Assembly (NCBI GenBank): GCA_965216465.1
Contig: CBDCFW010000005.1
Coordinates: 128,001 to 192,000, forward strand
Reading direction: 5' to 3'
From: Bacteroidia bacterium
GTDB lineage: Bacteria > Bacteroidota > Bacteroidia > NS11-12g > UBA9320
DNA: 64,000 nt
The notes below the pieces were generated by a model. It searched no databases and had not been told where the DNA came from. It saw only the letters and a list, made by a program, of their open reading frames with translations. The position numbers were made by a program, and so were the translations under genes. Of this stretch, positions 49,035 to 60,121 are shown one piece after another. The first letter of the stretch is position 1. Each line of letters opens with the position of its first letter.

Positions 49035-49184
49035 ACCTTCTTGACGGCCTTTCTTGCGTTTGTCCTTTTTGGCGTTATAACCCTCCATAGTTGGATCTAA
49101 AGTAGTACAATGTTTCGCTTTGCAACTTGGCAAAGAAGAAATCACAAATAACGCAAGGCCACAGAATAGCAAGTACTTTTTCAT
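49005..49184 (-). CDS. Small basic lipoprotein, 59 aa, not in ORF track
   Basis: MKKYLLFCGLALFVISSLPSCKAKHCTTLDPTMEGYNAKKDKRKKGRQEGLFPKGQRGF; TAACTTTG promoter motif directly upstream. Confidence 0.65.
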   Translation of the reverse strand: MKKYLLFCGLALFVISSLPSCKAKHCTTLDPTMEGYNAKKDKRKKGRQEGLFPKGQRGF

Positions 49185-49225
49185 CGTTTACAAAGTTAAC
49201 GAATTCCTACTAGAAGTTATTTCAT

Positions 49226-49257
49226 AAAAAAAGAGCCAACCGAAGTTGACTCTTTTT
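49226..49257 (-). terminator. Intrinsic terminator after the YceI gene
   Basis: aaagagccaac-cgaa-gttgactcttt flanked by A/T tracts. Confidence 0.75.
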
Positions 49258-49285
49258 GTAATATTAAAATTGCTCTATTTTAATC

Positions 49286-49906
49286 TTATTCTGCCAATGC
49301 CAAGTTTACCTCAAACTCAATAGCATCGTTAATAACGTTATCTCCAAGATTGTCAAAGAATGAAGAACTACCGTAACGAACATCCCATGCTGATCTATCG
49401 ATCGAGAACGTAGAAGATGCTGTCGCAGCTTCTTTGTCATATGCATAAGGAATGGTAATTGAATGCGTAATTCCTTTAATTGTTAGATTTCCAGTAATAC
49501 TATCAGCAGTACTAGCTGTAACCTCAAAAGCTGCTGTAGCAAAAGAGTCAACATTAAAGAAAGCATCACTAGAAAGATGACCCAATAACTTGCCTGTTCT
49601 TTCTTCATCCATTCCATCTGTGCTTGCCAACGAGCTCATATCAATTGTAAAGTTTCCTGAAGTAATTTTACCCTCCTCAACTGCAATTTCTCCGCCTTTA
49701 ACAGCTACTGTTCCGCTGTGACTATCTCCAGTTACCTTAGAACCAGTCCAGTTTACAGAACTTGATTCTGAGTTAACAGCAAATGATTGACTTGTTTCTG
49801 TAGCTTCAGCAACTTCTTGGGCCTCTTGGGCTGAAGTAGAGGCTTCGTTGCTGTTACACGCTGCAAAAATTGCTGCTACCCCTACTAGAATTAGTACTTT
49901 TTTCAT
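49286..49906 (-). CDS. YceI family lipoprotein
   Basis: Lipobox FAAC; SSVNWTGSK, HSGT, LLGHLSSDAFFNV, GNLTIKG, IDRSAWDVRY. Confidence 0.92.
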   Translation of the reverse strand: MKKVLILVGVAAIFAACNSNEASTSAQEAQEVAEATETSQSFAVNSESSSVNWTGSKVTGDSHSGTVAVKGGEIAVEEGKITSGNFTIDMSSLASTDGMDEERTGKLLGHLSSDAFFNVDSFATAAFEVTASTADSITGNLTIKGITHSITIPYAYDKEAATASSTFSIDRSAWDVRYGSSSFFDNLGDNVINDAIEFEVNLALAE

Positions 49907-49933
49907 TGTTTAAATAAATAATTGATTCGTAAT

Positions 49934-49951
49934 TAGATGTATAAACATCTA
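49934..49951. promoter_or_regulatory. Palindromic candidate operator
   Basis: TAGATGT-ataa-ACATCTA between divergent yceI and TBDT genes. Confidence 0.55.
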
Positions 49952-50023
49952 TTTATTTAAAAAGTTTTGACATAATCGGAATAATTTTTGCTCTAGTAAG
50001 CTAAAATTGCAGTCCTCTGATAA

Positions 50024-52408
50024 ATGAGATTTACAATTGCCACTTTACTGTTTATGCTGTGCGTTCAACTGACTGCACAAATTCGTGTGGTTAATAAAAA
50101 ATTAATAGGCATTGAAGGAGTGCACGTGGTCCAAGATTCAAGTATAATTACAATCTCCGACGGCGATGGCCAAATCACCTTCGACACTTCCGTTTTAAAC
50201 CATACCAGAGTCTTTCTTTATCACGAAAGCTATAACAGCACAGAAATAACAAAAGAAAAGCTTGAAGCAAACTCTGTAATTATATTAACGCATAAAACAG
50301 AGAACATTAAAGCTATTGTTGTTACCCCTCCACGTCAAAACAGACAGCTCGAGAACATTGCACTCAAGATGGATGTAATAGACAGCAAGACCATTTCTCT
50401 TTTCCAACCATCAACTTCAGCTGACCTGCTTAATCTTGGTAACAAGGTCTATATCCAAAAAAGCCAACAAGGTGGAGGCAGTCCTATGATCAGAGGATTT
50501 GCAACCAACCGTATTTTGCTTGTTGTTGACGGAGTACGTATGAATACGGCAATATTTAGAAGTGGAAATGTTCAAAACGTCATAGCAATAGACCCATTCT
50601 CTATTGAAAAAACAGATATAATCTTTGGTCCTTCAAGCCAGTTTTATGGTAGCGATGCTATAGGTGGAGTACTCAGCTTTAGAACAAAGAATCTTCAGTT
50701 TGGGAAGAAAGACACTTTTCTTTTAAAAGGCAATCTCAACCTACGAGGCAATTCAGCAAGTAGAGAAAGAACTTGGCATGCAGACTTTAATGTTGGCGGT
50801 GAAAAACTGGCCTCGCTATCAAGCATTACAGTAAGTCGATTTGGTGATTTGAGAATGGGAAGCAACGGACCGGATGAATACCTTCGTCCATTTTACACCT
50901 TACGTGGCGAAACTGAAGATTCGGTAATTCAGAATGACAATCCTCAAATTCAACGATTCAGCAATTATTTTCAAGTGAATCTGATGCAAAAACTTGCATT
51001 CAAAATAACCGATAGCTCATCTATTACCTACAATTTACAAGCAAGTACTACTTCAAATATTCCTCGATACGATCGACTTATTTTAACCGACATTAACGGC
51101 TTACCAGTAAATGCTAATTGGTATTATGGTCCTCAAAAATGGATGCTCAATCAATTGTCTTATCAAAACGACCATGTTCACAAATTTTCTGATGAAACAA
51201 CCATTAGCGCTGCCTATCAGAAATTTGAAGAGAGCCGCAATGACCGTAAGTTTAACAGTGAGCTGATTAGAGAAAGGGTCGAACAAGTTGATGCATTTAG
51301 TTTTAATGCTGATTTTAGCAAAGGTCTTAAATCCACACTCGAAATGAGTTATGGTGTTGAATGGGTGTTGAATAATGTTTCAAGTACTGCAAGTGTTCTG
51401 GATATTGATTCACTTGCACGAACAGCAACCTCTACACGCTATCCTGATGGCTCAAATTGGCAATCAGCAGGGGTATATATCAACTTCTTAAAAAAATGGA
51501 ACACATGGTTTAAGTCAGAGGCTGGAATACGCTACAACTGGGTTAAAACTACGGGCAGTTTCGACACGCAGTTTTATCCATTTCCAGATGAAGATTTCAG
51601 CAATCAGAACAGTGCTGTAACAGGATCAATCTCACAACTTTTTAAGCTTAAGAAAGGTGCTATTGGTTTAATTGCTTCTTCCGCTTTCAGATCACCGAAC
51701 ATCGATGATATTTCAAAAGTATTTGATAGCAGCCCAGGCCAGGTTATTTTACCTAACGCTCAATTAAAACCGGAGTTTGCGTATAATGGAGAAATTAACT
51801 TTGATTATGAGTTTACCAAAGCGATTAAGTTAAATCTAGTTGGGTTTTACACCTATCTTGACCAAGCTATAACCACAACATCGAGTACGTTCAATGGAGC
51901 CGATAGTATCATCTATGATGGGGTTATGAGCAAGGTTCAGACATTAGCAAATCAGGACTTTGCAACCATTCAAGGTATTCAAGCTAGCTTTCTTTACAAA
52001 TTTGATTCTTGTTGGAATTTAAAATCAAGTTATACGCTTCTCCGCAGCTCATCGAGTACGAATGAGCCCATTCGTCACATTACACCAAACTTTGGCGGAA
52101 CGTCATTAAACTACAGCAATGAGAAATTCACATTTTCAATATATTCGATATACAATGCTCGATTTGACTTTGAAAATTTTGCAATTAATGAAGTTAACGA
52201 TGCCTTCCTCTATGTTAAAGATGAAAATGGCAACCCTTACACCCCAGCATGGTTTACCTTAAACGTAAAGGCCTCCTATCCTATTCGACCACAAATAACC
52301 TTGGTGGGTGGTATTGAAAACATTCTAGATAAACGCTACCGACCTTACGGTTCTGGTATTACTGCTCCAGGAATAAACTTTATGTTGTCGCTTAACGCAC
52401 GGATATAA
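50024..52408 (+). CDS. TonB-dependent receptor (hemin/hemoglobin receptor-like)
   Basis: Plug QKSQQGGGSPMIRGF...YGSDAIGG; FRSPN and NAQLKPE motifs; ENILDKRY. Confidence 0.9.
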   Translation: MRFTIATLLFMLCVQLTAQIRVVNKKLIGIEGVHVVQDSSIITISDGDGQITFDTSVLNHTRVFLYHESYNSTEITKEKLEANSVIILTHKTENIKAIVVTPPRQNRQLENIALKMDVIDSKTISLFQPSTSADLLNLGNKVYIQKSQQGGGSPMIRGFATNRILLVVDGVRMNTAIFRSGNVQNVIAIDPFSIEKTDIIFGPSSQFYGSDAIGGVLSFRTKNLQFGKKDTFLLKGNLNLRGNSASRERTWHADFNVGGEKLASLSSITVSRFGDLRMGSNGPDEYLRPFYTLRGETEDSVIQNDNPQIQRFSNYFQVNLMQKLAFKITDSSSITYNLQASTTSNIPRYDRLILTDINGLPVNANWYYGPQKWMLNQLSYQNDHVHKFSDETTISAAYQKFEESRNDRKFNSELIRERVEQVDAFSFNADFSKGLKSTLEMSYGVEWVLNNVSSTASVLDIDSLARTATSTRYPDGSNWQSAGVYINFLKKWNTWFKSEAGIRYNWVKTTGSFDTQFYPFPDEDFSNQNSAVTGSISQLFKLKKGAIGLIASSAFRSPNIDDISKVFDSSPGQVILPNAQLKPEFAYNGEINFDYEFTKAIKLNLVGFYTYLDQAITTTSSTFNGADSIIYDGVMSKVQTLANQDFATIQGIQASFLYKFDSCWNLKSSYTLLRSSSSTNEPIRHITPNFGGTSLNYSNEKFTFSIYSIYNARFDFENFAINEVNDAFLYVKDENGNPYTPAWFTLNVKASYPIRPQITLVGGIENILDKRYRPYGSGITAPGINFMLSLNARI

Positions 52409-52433
52409 AAAAAGGAGGGCGAACCCTCCTTTT
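52407..52433. terminator. Bidirectional intrinsic terminator
   Basis: aaaaggaggg-cgaa-ccctcctttt between convergent genes. Confidence 0.85.
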
Positions 52434-52453
52434 CCTGCAGAAATAATCTTCTA

Positions 52454-53422
52454 CTATTTGTCTTTCTTCTTACCTCCCGGTTTCGAGATGCTATCTCTCA
52501 TGTCGGTATCGGCTTGAATGTTTTTCATTCTGTAGTAATCCATTATTCCAAGATTACCTGTTCTAAAGGCCTCTGCCATTGCTTTAGGTACTTCAGCTTC
52601 TGCCAAAATAACTTGAGCTTTCGCTTCTTGAGCCTTAGCTTTCATTTCTTGCTCTTGTGCTACCGCCATAGCTCTTCGCTCTTCAGCTTTTGCATTTGCA
52701 ACCTTCAAATCAGCTTCTGCTTGATCTGTTTGAAGCTCAGCACCAATGTTTTTACCGATATCCATGTCTGCGATATCAATCGACAAGATTTCAAATGCTG
52801 TGCCGGCATCAAGTCCTTTTGCTAATACTGTTTTTGAAATGGTATCAGGGTTTTCTAAAACGGCTTTGTGGTTTGTGGCAGAACCGATTGTGGTCACAAT
52901 TCCCTCACCAACTCTTGCAAGAATAGTATCTTCTCCAGCACCCCCAACCAATTGAGCGATGTTGGCACGTACTGTTACTCTTGCTTTGGCAATTAACTGA
53001 ATTCCATCTTTTGCAACAGCGGCAACAGGTGGGGTGTTAATTACTCTCGGGTTTACAGAAAGTTGCACCGCATCTGATACATCTCTACCTGCAAGGTCAA
53101 TGGCTGCAGCCATATTAAAATCAAGAGGGATATTTGCTTTATCTGCCGAGATAAGCGCTTTTACTACATTGTTCACATTACCTCCGGCCATATAATGCGT
53201 CTCCAATTCATTACCGGTCACTTTTAGTCCTGCTTTGTTGGCATTGATTAAAGCATTTACAATCAAAGAAGGTGGAACCTTTCTAATTCTCATGAACATC
53301 AGTTGGAGAATTCCAACGCGAATTCCAGAAACTTGAGCTGTGATCCACAACCCCACTGGTACAAAATATAAGAAGAGCAGTAATACTACAACTCCACCTA
53401 TAACAAAAAATAAATATGGCAT
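52454..53422 (-). CDS. floA: Flotillin-like protein FloA (UPF0365)
   Basis: [59 protein letters not shown]. Confidence 0.93.
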   Translation of the reverse strand: MPYLFFVIGGVVVLLLFLYFVPVGLWITAQVSGIRVGILQLMFMRIRKVPPSLIVNALINANKAGLKVTGNELETHYMAGGNVNNVVKALISADKANIPLDFNMAAAIDLAGRDVSDAVQLSVNPRVINTPPVAAVAKDGIQLIAKARVTVRANIAQLVGGAGEDTILARVGEGIVTTIGSATNHKAVLENPDTISKTVLAKGLDAGTAFEILSIDIADMDIGKNIGAELQTDQAEADLKVANAKAEERRAMAVAQEQEMKAKAQEAKAQVILAEAEVPKAMAEAFRTGNLGIMDYYRMKNIQADTDMRDSISKPGGKKKDK

Positions 53423-53429
53423 ATGTTGA

Positions 53430-53897
53430 TTATGATTTTAGTTTTCTAACAATTATTCGATTATTTAAAATCTTTTCTACTTCAATAAGGTCGTTGGCTA
53501 ACAGAAACTCACCGTCTGTATGAACTTCTACTTTTTGATCATTAATTATCGCTGAACCAGCAGGTCGTAATGCACTAATTGCTTTCCCTTGGTCACCAAC
53601 AGATACATTTTGTTCATGGATCTTATTAGCCTTTCCTGTAATCTCATCTTCTATGGCAAAACGTTGCCATACCTTGCCCTTAAACGCAAGGACAATCCCA
53701 ACGGTTAAAACCACCGCGGAAGAGACCAGAGCAATATTACCAGAAGATGTACCGTATTCGTTATACACCATTCCGATACCTACAGCAATAGCTATAATAC
53801 CGATTAGTCCAACAATAAAACCTGGAGTTAAAAATATTTCAACGATGATCAGCAAAAAGCCGAACAGTAGCATAGATACAATTAACGCAAGACTCAT
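53430..53897 (-). CDS. NfeD-like membrane protein
   Basis: Three TMs and a C-terminal OB fold ([15 protein letters not shown]); directly upstream of floA. Confidence 0.88.
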   Translation of the reverse strand: MSLALIVSMLLFGFLLIIVEIFLTPGFIVGLIGIIAIAVGIGMVYNEYGTSSGNIALVSSAVVLTVGIVLAFKGKVWQRFAIEDEITGKANKIHEQNVSVGDQGKAISALRPAGSAIINDQKVEVHTDGEFLLANDLIEVEKILNNRIIVRKLKS

Positions 53898-53942
53898 ATT
53901 GAGCTGCTAAGTTAACTGTTTTAAACAAACGAGAAAATACTT

Positions 53943-56801
53943 TTATGCTTCGCTCGTCATTTCCGCATAATCTTCTATTGGAAGACATGCACAAACTAAG
54001 TTTCTATCGCCATACGTGTTATCCACTCTTCCTACACTTGGCCAGAATTTATTCTGAATAACGAATGGAGCTGGATATGCAGCTTTTTCTCTGCTGTATG
54101 GTTTATCCCAGCTATCAGAAATAGTTGATTGAGCGGTATGCGGAGCGTTCTTTAATACATTATTTTCAGCATCTGCAGTTCCATTCTCGATTTCAGCAAT
54201 CTCTCTTCTTATCGACAATAAAGCATCACAAAAGCGGTCAATCTCTTGTTTGCTTTCACTTTCAGTTGGCTCTATCATTAAAGTTCCTGCAACCGGGAAA
54301 CTTACTGTTGGTGCGTGGAATCCATAATCCATTAAACGCTTAGCAATATCTTCTACTTGAATTCCTGAAGTCTGCTTTAACGGACGTGGATCAACAATCA
54401 TTTCGTGTGCCACTGTACCATTTTGACCTGTGAAAAGCACGTCATATCCTTCTGCTAATCGATGTCTCATGTAATTTGCGTTCAGAATAGCTGTTGCTGT
54501 GGCTTCTTTCAATCCGGCAGTTCCCATCATTTTAACGTAGGTATAACTGATTAATAAGATGCTTGCACTACCGAAAGGTGCTGCTGATACAGCGGACATC
54601 GATTGGTCTCCGCCAGTTTTTACAAGGCTATGTCCTGGTAAGAATGGAGTTAAATGTTTTGCTACACCAATAGGTCCCATTCCAGGGCCTCCACCACCGT
54701 GAGGGATACAGAATGTTTTATGCAAGTTCAAGTGACAAACATCTGCTCCAATGTTTGCAGGATTAGTGTATCCTACTTGAGCATTCATGTTTGCACCATC
54801 CATATAAACCTGGCCACCATACTCGTGAATGATGGAAGTAATTTCTTTGATTGTCTCCTCGTAAACACCATTTGTACTTGGGTAAGTAATCATGGCAGCC
54901 GCTAAATTATCTTTGAACTGCTCAGCCTTTGCTTTCAAGTCATTTAAGTCAATGTATCCATTTGGATGACATTTAACAACAACAACTTTCATACCTGCCA
55001 TAACAGCACTTGCTGGATTTGTACCATGTGCAGATTCAGGAATGATTACAATGTTTCTGTGATCTTGGCCATTCGCTCTAAAGTATTCGCGTATTACCAT
55101 CAATCCTGCATATTCTCCTTGTGCACCTGCATTAGGCTGTAAACTCATTGCATCAAAACCTGTAATTTCAGCTAGATCTCTTGACAAGTCTTCAATAATC
55201 TCCATGTAACCTTCTACTTGATTTTTTGGTGCAAATGGGTGGATGCTTCCAAACTCTGGCCATGTAACCGGAATCATTTCGGTGGTTGCATTCAATTTCA
55301 TGGTGCAACTTCCTAATGCGATCATCGAGTGAGCCAATGAAAGATCTTTGTTCTCCAGAGATTTCAAATATCTTAACATTTCATGTTCGGTGTGGTATGT
55401 ATTAAATACCGGGTGGGTTAAATATTCAGATGTACGGGTAAAGCTTTCATCCCACATAGAAGTAGCTGTTCGGTCAAATGAAATTGACGTTCCATTTGCT
55501 TCGGCCAAAACAGAAACTAGTTCTTCAACATCGCGAAGTTCGGTAGTCTCATCAAAGCTTATGCTGAAATGATCAGAACCGTAATAAACATTAATCAATT
55601 TCGCTTCAAGTGCATTGCGAAGAGATGCCATATCTGATACGTTCTCAACGGTAATAGTATCAAAAGCTGAATTGTTGCGAACAGCGTATCCAGCGGCCTT
55701 CAAGTTATTTGCAAGAATTGAAGTCAATTGGTTTACTTTTTCCGCAATTGCTTTCAGTCTTTTTGGACCGTGATACGAAGCGTACATTCCAGCCATAATT
55801 GCTAACAATGCTTGAGCTGTACAAATGTTACTAGTCGCTTTATCACGCTTAATGTGCTGCTCTCTAGTTTGAAGAGCCATTCGGTATGCATTGTTTCCGT
55901 TAGAGTCTAAAGAAACACCAATAATTCTTCCAGGAATCTTTCTTTTATAAGCTTCTTTAGTTGCAAAATAAGCCGCGTGAGGTCCACCAAATCCCATTGG
56001 AATTCCAAAGCGTTGTGTAGTACCAACAACCACTTCTGCACCCCACTCACCTGGAGGTGTTAACATGGTTAATGCTAACAAGTCAGCTGCTGCTACAAGC
56101 TTAATTCCCATCTCGTCGGCTGCCGCAGCTAGATCTTTATAGTTAACTATTGCTCCTTCTGCATCTGGGTATTGTACAAAGATTGAGAAGAAATCAGTAG
56201 ATAGCTCTGTATTAAACACATCGCCTACAACCACTTCAATACCTAGAGGTTCTGCTCTCGTTTCAATTACTTCAAGTGTTTGTGGGAATACTTTATCAGA
56301 TACGAGGAATTTGTCTCCATTTCCACGAGGTTTAGCATTATGCATCATGGCCATTGCCTCTGCAGCTGCTGTACCTTCGTCTAACAAACTGGCATTTGCC
56401 AATTCCATACCCGTAAGATCCATCACCATAGTTTGAAAGTTTAGCAATGCTTCTAATCTACCTTGAGCAATTTCAGCTTGGTAAGGGGTGTATTGTGTAT
56501 ACCATCCTGGATTTTCCAGAACATTACGTAAAATAACTTTTGGAGTGTGGGTATTATAGTACCCTGCTCCAATATAGCTCTTTGCTATTTTATTCTTTGC
56601 CGCAATTTCCTTCATCTTATCTAGCATTTCTACCTCAGTTAGTGGGTCGTCTAGATTTAACTCTTGCTCAAGTCTAATTTCAGCAGGAATAGTTTGAGAA
56701 ATTAACTGTTCTACATCATTGTAACCCAGTTCCTGAAGCATCTCTGAACGTTCTACATCAGTAATGCTATTGTGTCTGTCAGCAAAATTTTCTTTGTACA
56801 T
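53943..56801 (-). CDS. gcvP: Glycine dehydrogenase (decarboxylating), glycine cleavage P protein
   Basis: [50 protein letters not shown]. Confidence 0.98.
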   Translation of the reverse strand: MYKENFADRHNSITDVERSEMLQELGYNDVEQLISQTIPAEIRLEQELNLDDPLTEVEMLDKMKEIAAKNKIAKSYIGAGYYNTHTPKVILRNVLENPGWYTQYTPYQAEIAQGRLEALLNFQTMVMDLTGMELANASLLDEGTAAAEAMAMMHNAKPRGNGDKFLVSDKVFPQTLEVIETRAEPLGIEVVVGDVFNTELSTDFFSIFVQYPDAEGAIVNYKDLAAAADEMGIKLVAAADLLALTMLTPPGEWGAEVVVGTTQRFGIPMGFGGPHAAYFATKEAYKRKIPGRIIGVSLDSNGNNAYRMALQTREQHIKRDKATSNICTAQALLAIMAGMYASYHGPKRLKAIAEKVNQLTSILANNLKAAGYAVRNNSAFDTITVENVSDMASLRNALEAKLINVYYGSDHFSISFDETTELRDVEELVSVLAEANGTSISFDRTATSMWDESFTRTSEYLTHPVFNTYHTEHEMLRYLKSLENKDLSLAHSMIALGSCTMKLNATTEMIPVTWPEFGSIHPFAPKNQVEGYMEIIEDLSRDLAEITGFDAMSLQPNAGAQGEYAGLMVIREYFRANGQDHRNIVIIPESAHGTNPASAVMAGMKVVVVKCHPNGYIDLNDLKAKAEQFKDNLAAAMITYPSTNGVYEETIKEITSIIHEYGGQVYMDGANMNAQVGYTNPANIGADVCHLNLHKTFCIPHGGGGPGMGPIGVAKHLTPFLPGHSLVKTGGDQSMSAVSAAPFGSASILLISYTYVKMMGTAGLKEATATAILNANYMRHRLAEGYDVLFTGQNGTVAHEMIVDPRPLKQTSGIQVEDIAKRLMDYGFHAPTVSFPVAGTLMIEPTESESKQEIDRFCDALLSIRREIAEIENGTADAENNVLKNAPHTAQSTISDSWDKPYSREKAAYPAPFVIQNKFWPSVGRVDNTYGDRNLVCACLPIEDYAEMTSEA

Positions 56802-57056
56802 TTTTATCTAAATGGGATGCAAATTTATTATTTCTTAATATCAATGTATATATATTAAGATTATGTTAAAAAAAAAGGCAGTTTTATCCGCTCTCAACCC
56901 AACAATTTTCAAGGGTAAAAAGATTTATTTTATTCGGCTTTTAGGACTATAATTAGGTCACATTATTGCACCTCTGTCTATTGTCAGGAATAATTTTGTA
57001 TCTTTGCTATCTACTACATACAAATTAATCGCGTGAGAAAATTATTAATACAGTCT

Positions 57057-57995
57057 ATGAAGAAGTTGGTTTTATTACTTCTCGCCTGCACGTTTATAAC
57101 ACCTTCATTTGGTCAGCGTAACTACGGAAAAAGATATTGGTCTACCAATGTAATGCTTTCGTCTGCTACTTTCTTGAGTGACTTGGGAGGTAAAAACTGG
57201 TATGGATCAAATGATCCTCAAGATATTGATTTAAAAAAGATTCGCTACGCCCTTGGTGTAGAATTTGAATATCACGGAGACCACGGTTTGGGTTTTCTGG
57301 TGAATGGAATGTACACCCGTCTTACTGCTGATGATGCCGAAACAACATGGGATAGATCTCTCCGAATGCTTCATGTAAGAACAGATGTATTTGAAACAAG
57401 TGCAAAGTTCCAATATACTGTTCCTTATACCGTTGCAGGTGTTGGTGGCATGTACTTTAATGTGGGTGTTGGTGCTCATTACTATAAACCTATGGCAGAA
57501 TGGAATGGATTGTGGTACGACTTAAGACCGTTAGGTACTGAAGGTCAAGTTGCAGACCCCACCCGAGATGTTTATGCAAAATGGAGTCCTGTTATTCCGT
57601 TTGGGTTTGGAAAAAAATTCAGGCTGGGCAATGGCATGACCCTATCTGCTGATATTTCTCTACGTAAAACATTTACCGATTATCTAGACGATGTTTCTGG
57701 AGACTATTATGATACTTTGGCCATTCTAAACAGTACTGGTATTGCCGCAGCACACTTTGCAAACCCTTCTAACAATGAAGGAGGAGTTGGGCGTACAGGT
57801 TTAGAACGAGGCAACCCTGACAACAACGACAACTATTTTCTTTTTGGACTTAAACTTGAAATCCCATTAAGTCAAGGGGGTAGATATGCCAATTATAATA
57901 CCAGTTGTTCTTTCCAGAACAGTTGGATTAGAAGCAACGGCTCTACGCCTAAATTCCGAAGAAGAGGAAAAACCAGAAACCGATTATTCAGATAA
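57057..57995 (+). CDS. Outer-membrane beta-barrel protein (DUF6089-like)
   Basis: FLSDLGG, DLRPLGTEGQ, RKTFTDYLDDVSG, RGNPDNNDNY. Confidence 0.75.
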   Translation: MKKLVLLLLACTFITPSFGQRNYGKRYWSTNVMLSSATFLSDLGGKNWYGSNDPQDIDLKKIRYALGVEFEYHGDHGLGFLVNGMYTRLTADDAETTWDRSLRMLHVRTDVFETSAKFQYTVPYTVAGVGGMYFNVGVGAHYYKPMAEWNGLWYDLRPLGTEGQVADPTRDVYAKWSPVIPFGFGKKFRLGNGMTLSADISLRKTFTDYLDDVSGDYYDTLAILNSTGIAAAHFANPSNNEGGVGRTGLERGNPDNNDNYFLFGLKLEIPLSQGGRYANYNTSCSFQNSWIRSNGSTPKFRRRGKTRNRLFR

Positions 57996-58003
57996 ACTAA
58001 TTT

Positions 58004-59371
58004 ATGCTAACTATTCTTCTTGAGTCAGTCACTGACAAGATTATTCCTGCACCTATTTTTGAAGACGACACTATTGTATTTGGACTGTTGATGATTGCCA
58101 TTGGGCTCATCTTTTATACTTCGAGTAAAACCACTGGATTTTGGTCTAAATTTTATAAAATAGTGCCTGCCCTTTTTATGGCATATATGCTACCTGCGGT
58201 TTTAACTACTGTTGGATTAATAGCCCCAGAATGGAACATCTTAGACTCTGCGGGCGAGGCTGTTCTCGACGAAGCAGGAGAACCTGTAATGGGAAAAAGC
58301 AGCCTTTACTATGTTGCCAGTCGATACCTCCTCCCGGCAGCTTTAGTCTTAATGACATTAAGTCTTGACCTTAAAGCTGTATTTAACCTTGGTCCCAAAG
58401 CCTTAATTATGTTTATTACCGGAACCGTTGGTATTGTTATTGGAGGTCCGATAGCTGTATTGGCGATTTCTGCAATTTATCCTGACGCCGTAGGAGGTGT
58501 TGGACCAGATGCTGTATGGAGAGGATTATCTACACTAGCCGGAAGCTGGATTGGTGGAGGTGCAAATCAAACGGCAATGCTTGAGATTTATGGATATAAC
58601 CAAAAATTATATGGAGGGATGGTATTCGTCGATATTGTTGTTGCTAATTTATGGATGGCTATACTATTGATTGGAATTGGCAAAACAAAGAAAATTGATG
58701 CTTGGTTAAAGTCAGATACTACTGCTATTGAAGAGCTAAAAGATAAGGTGTCAAAGTTCAGTTTGGAGGTTTCTCGAAACCCAACACTAACCGACCTTAT
58801 GATTCTTGTAGCCATAGCCTTTGGTACGGTAAGTTTCGCTCATTTTGGTGCCAGTCTGCTAGCACCAACCTTTGAGAACATGGTTTCAGGAATTTCAAAC
58901 CCAACCATAAAGAATTCATTCACCTTCTTGGGAAGCAGCTTCTTTTGGATGATCAGCATATCTACCATTATTGCCATAGTTCTATCATTTACTAAGGTAA
59001 GAAGGTATGAAGGAGCTGGAGCCAGCAAATTTGGATCGGTATTCATCTATATGCTTGTTGCAAGTATTGGTATGAAGATGGACTTATCTATGATTTTTGA
59101 TAATCTTGGATTGGTTGCGATAGGTTTGGTTTGGATGTTGTTCCATGCCGTTCTTTTAATTGTTGTTGCAAAACTCATAAGAGCTCCATACTTTTTCTTA
59201 GCTGTAGGAAGCCAAGCTAACGTTGGAGGTGCGGCCTCTGCCCCTATTGTGGCTTCTGCATTTCACCCTTCATTGGCAACTGTAGGTGTTCTATTAGCTG
59301 TATTTGGTTATGCCGTGGGAACATTAGGTGCTATTTTCTGCGCCGAACTGATGCGCATTGTCTCCCCATAG
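58004..59371 (+). CDS. DUF819 family membrane protein
   Basis: LAGSWIGGGANQ, GSQANVGGAASAP; multiple TMs. Confidence 0.88.
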   Translation: MLTILLESVTDKIIPAPIFEDDTIVFGLLMIAIGLIFYTSSKTTGFWSKFYKIVPALFMAYMLPAVLTTVGLIAPEWNILDSAGEAVLDEAGEPVMGKSSLYYVASRYLLPAALVLMTLSLDLKAVFNLGPKALIMFITGTVGIVIGGPIAVLAISAIYPDAVGGVGPDAVWRGLSTLAGSWIGGGANQTAMLEIYGYNQKLYGGMVFVDIVVANLWMAILLIGIGKTKKIDAWLKSDTTAIEELKDKVSKFSLEVSRNPTLTDLMILVAIAFGTVSFAHFGASLLAPTFENMVSGISNPTIKNSFTFLGSSFFWMISISTIIAIVLSFTKVRRYEGAGASKFGSVFIYMLVASIGMKMDLSMIFDNLGLVAIGLVWMLFHAVLLIVVAKLIRAPYFFLAVGSQANVGGAASAPIVASAFHPSLATVGVLLAVFGYAVGTLGAIFCAELMRIVSP

Positions 59372-59498
59372 ATTAGCTACTTAGATTGCCCTTAGCTAGA
59401 CGTTTAGCTATTGACAAATTCCGTTTATTTTCATATATTTACGGCATCTTAGGTCGTATGGACCTATTGATTTGTTGTAAATACTACTTGAAAATTTA

Positions 59499-60092
59499 AT
59501 GGACGACATCCTCAATCAACTAATTGGTCAAATCGGATCCTCCGGAATTCACGATATTTCTAAGCAAATTGGCAGTTCTGACGAACAAGCAAAAAATGCA
59601 TTGGGCGGCATTGTGCCTACCTTACTTGGTGCTATGTCTAAAAACACCTCAGATGCTTCTGGTGCAAACGGTTTGCTTGCAGCTTTGGATAAAGATCATG
59701 ACGGAAGCATTTTGGATGATATTCCTGGATTTGTAAATAACTACTCAGAAGGCCCTGGAAGTGGCATTTTGAAACACGTTCTGGGTTCCAACGAAGCTCC
59801 TGTAACGCAAGGCTTGAGTAGTAAAACTGGATTAGAGTCTTCTCAAATTTCATCGCTAATGCAAATTGCTGCTCCATTAATTATGGGCTTATTAGGCAAA
59901 CAAAAACGCCAAAACAGTAGCCAAGGCTTTGATGCAGCAAGCTTAACAGATATGCTAGGAGGCATGACCAGACAAGCAGATAACTCAACAGGAATTGATT
60001 TAGGAGATATATTGAACATTGTTGGAGGATTAACAAAAGGTAAATCTTCCGGCGGAATTGGAGGAATATTAAGCAAACTTTTTGGACGATAA
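59499..60092 (+). CDS. DUF937 domain protein
   Basis: ALDKDHDGSILDD, GILKHVLG, APLIMGLLG. Confidence 0.85.
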   Translation: MDDILNQLIGQIGSSGIHDISKQIGSSDEQAKNALGGIVPTLLGAMSKNTSDASGANGLLAALDKDHDGSILDDIPGFVNNYSEGPGSGILKHVLGSNEAPVTQGLSSKTGLESSQISSLMQIAAPLIMGLLGKQKRQNSSQGFDAASLTDMLGGMTRQADNSTGIDLGDILNIVGGLTKGKSSGGIGGILSKLFGR

Positions 60093-60121
60093 AAAATAAT
60101 ACCCACTGATGCAACCATTAC

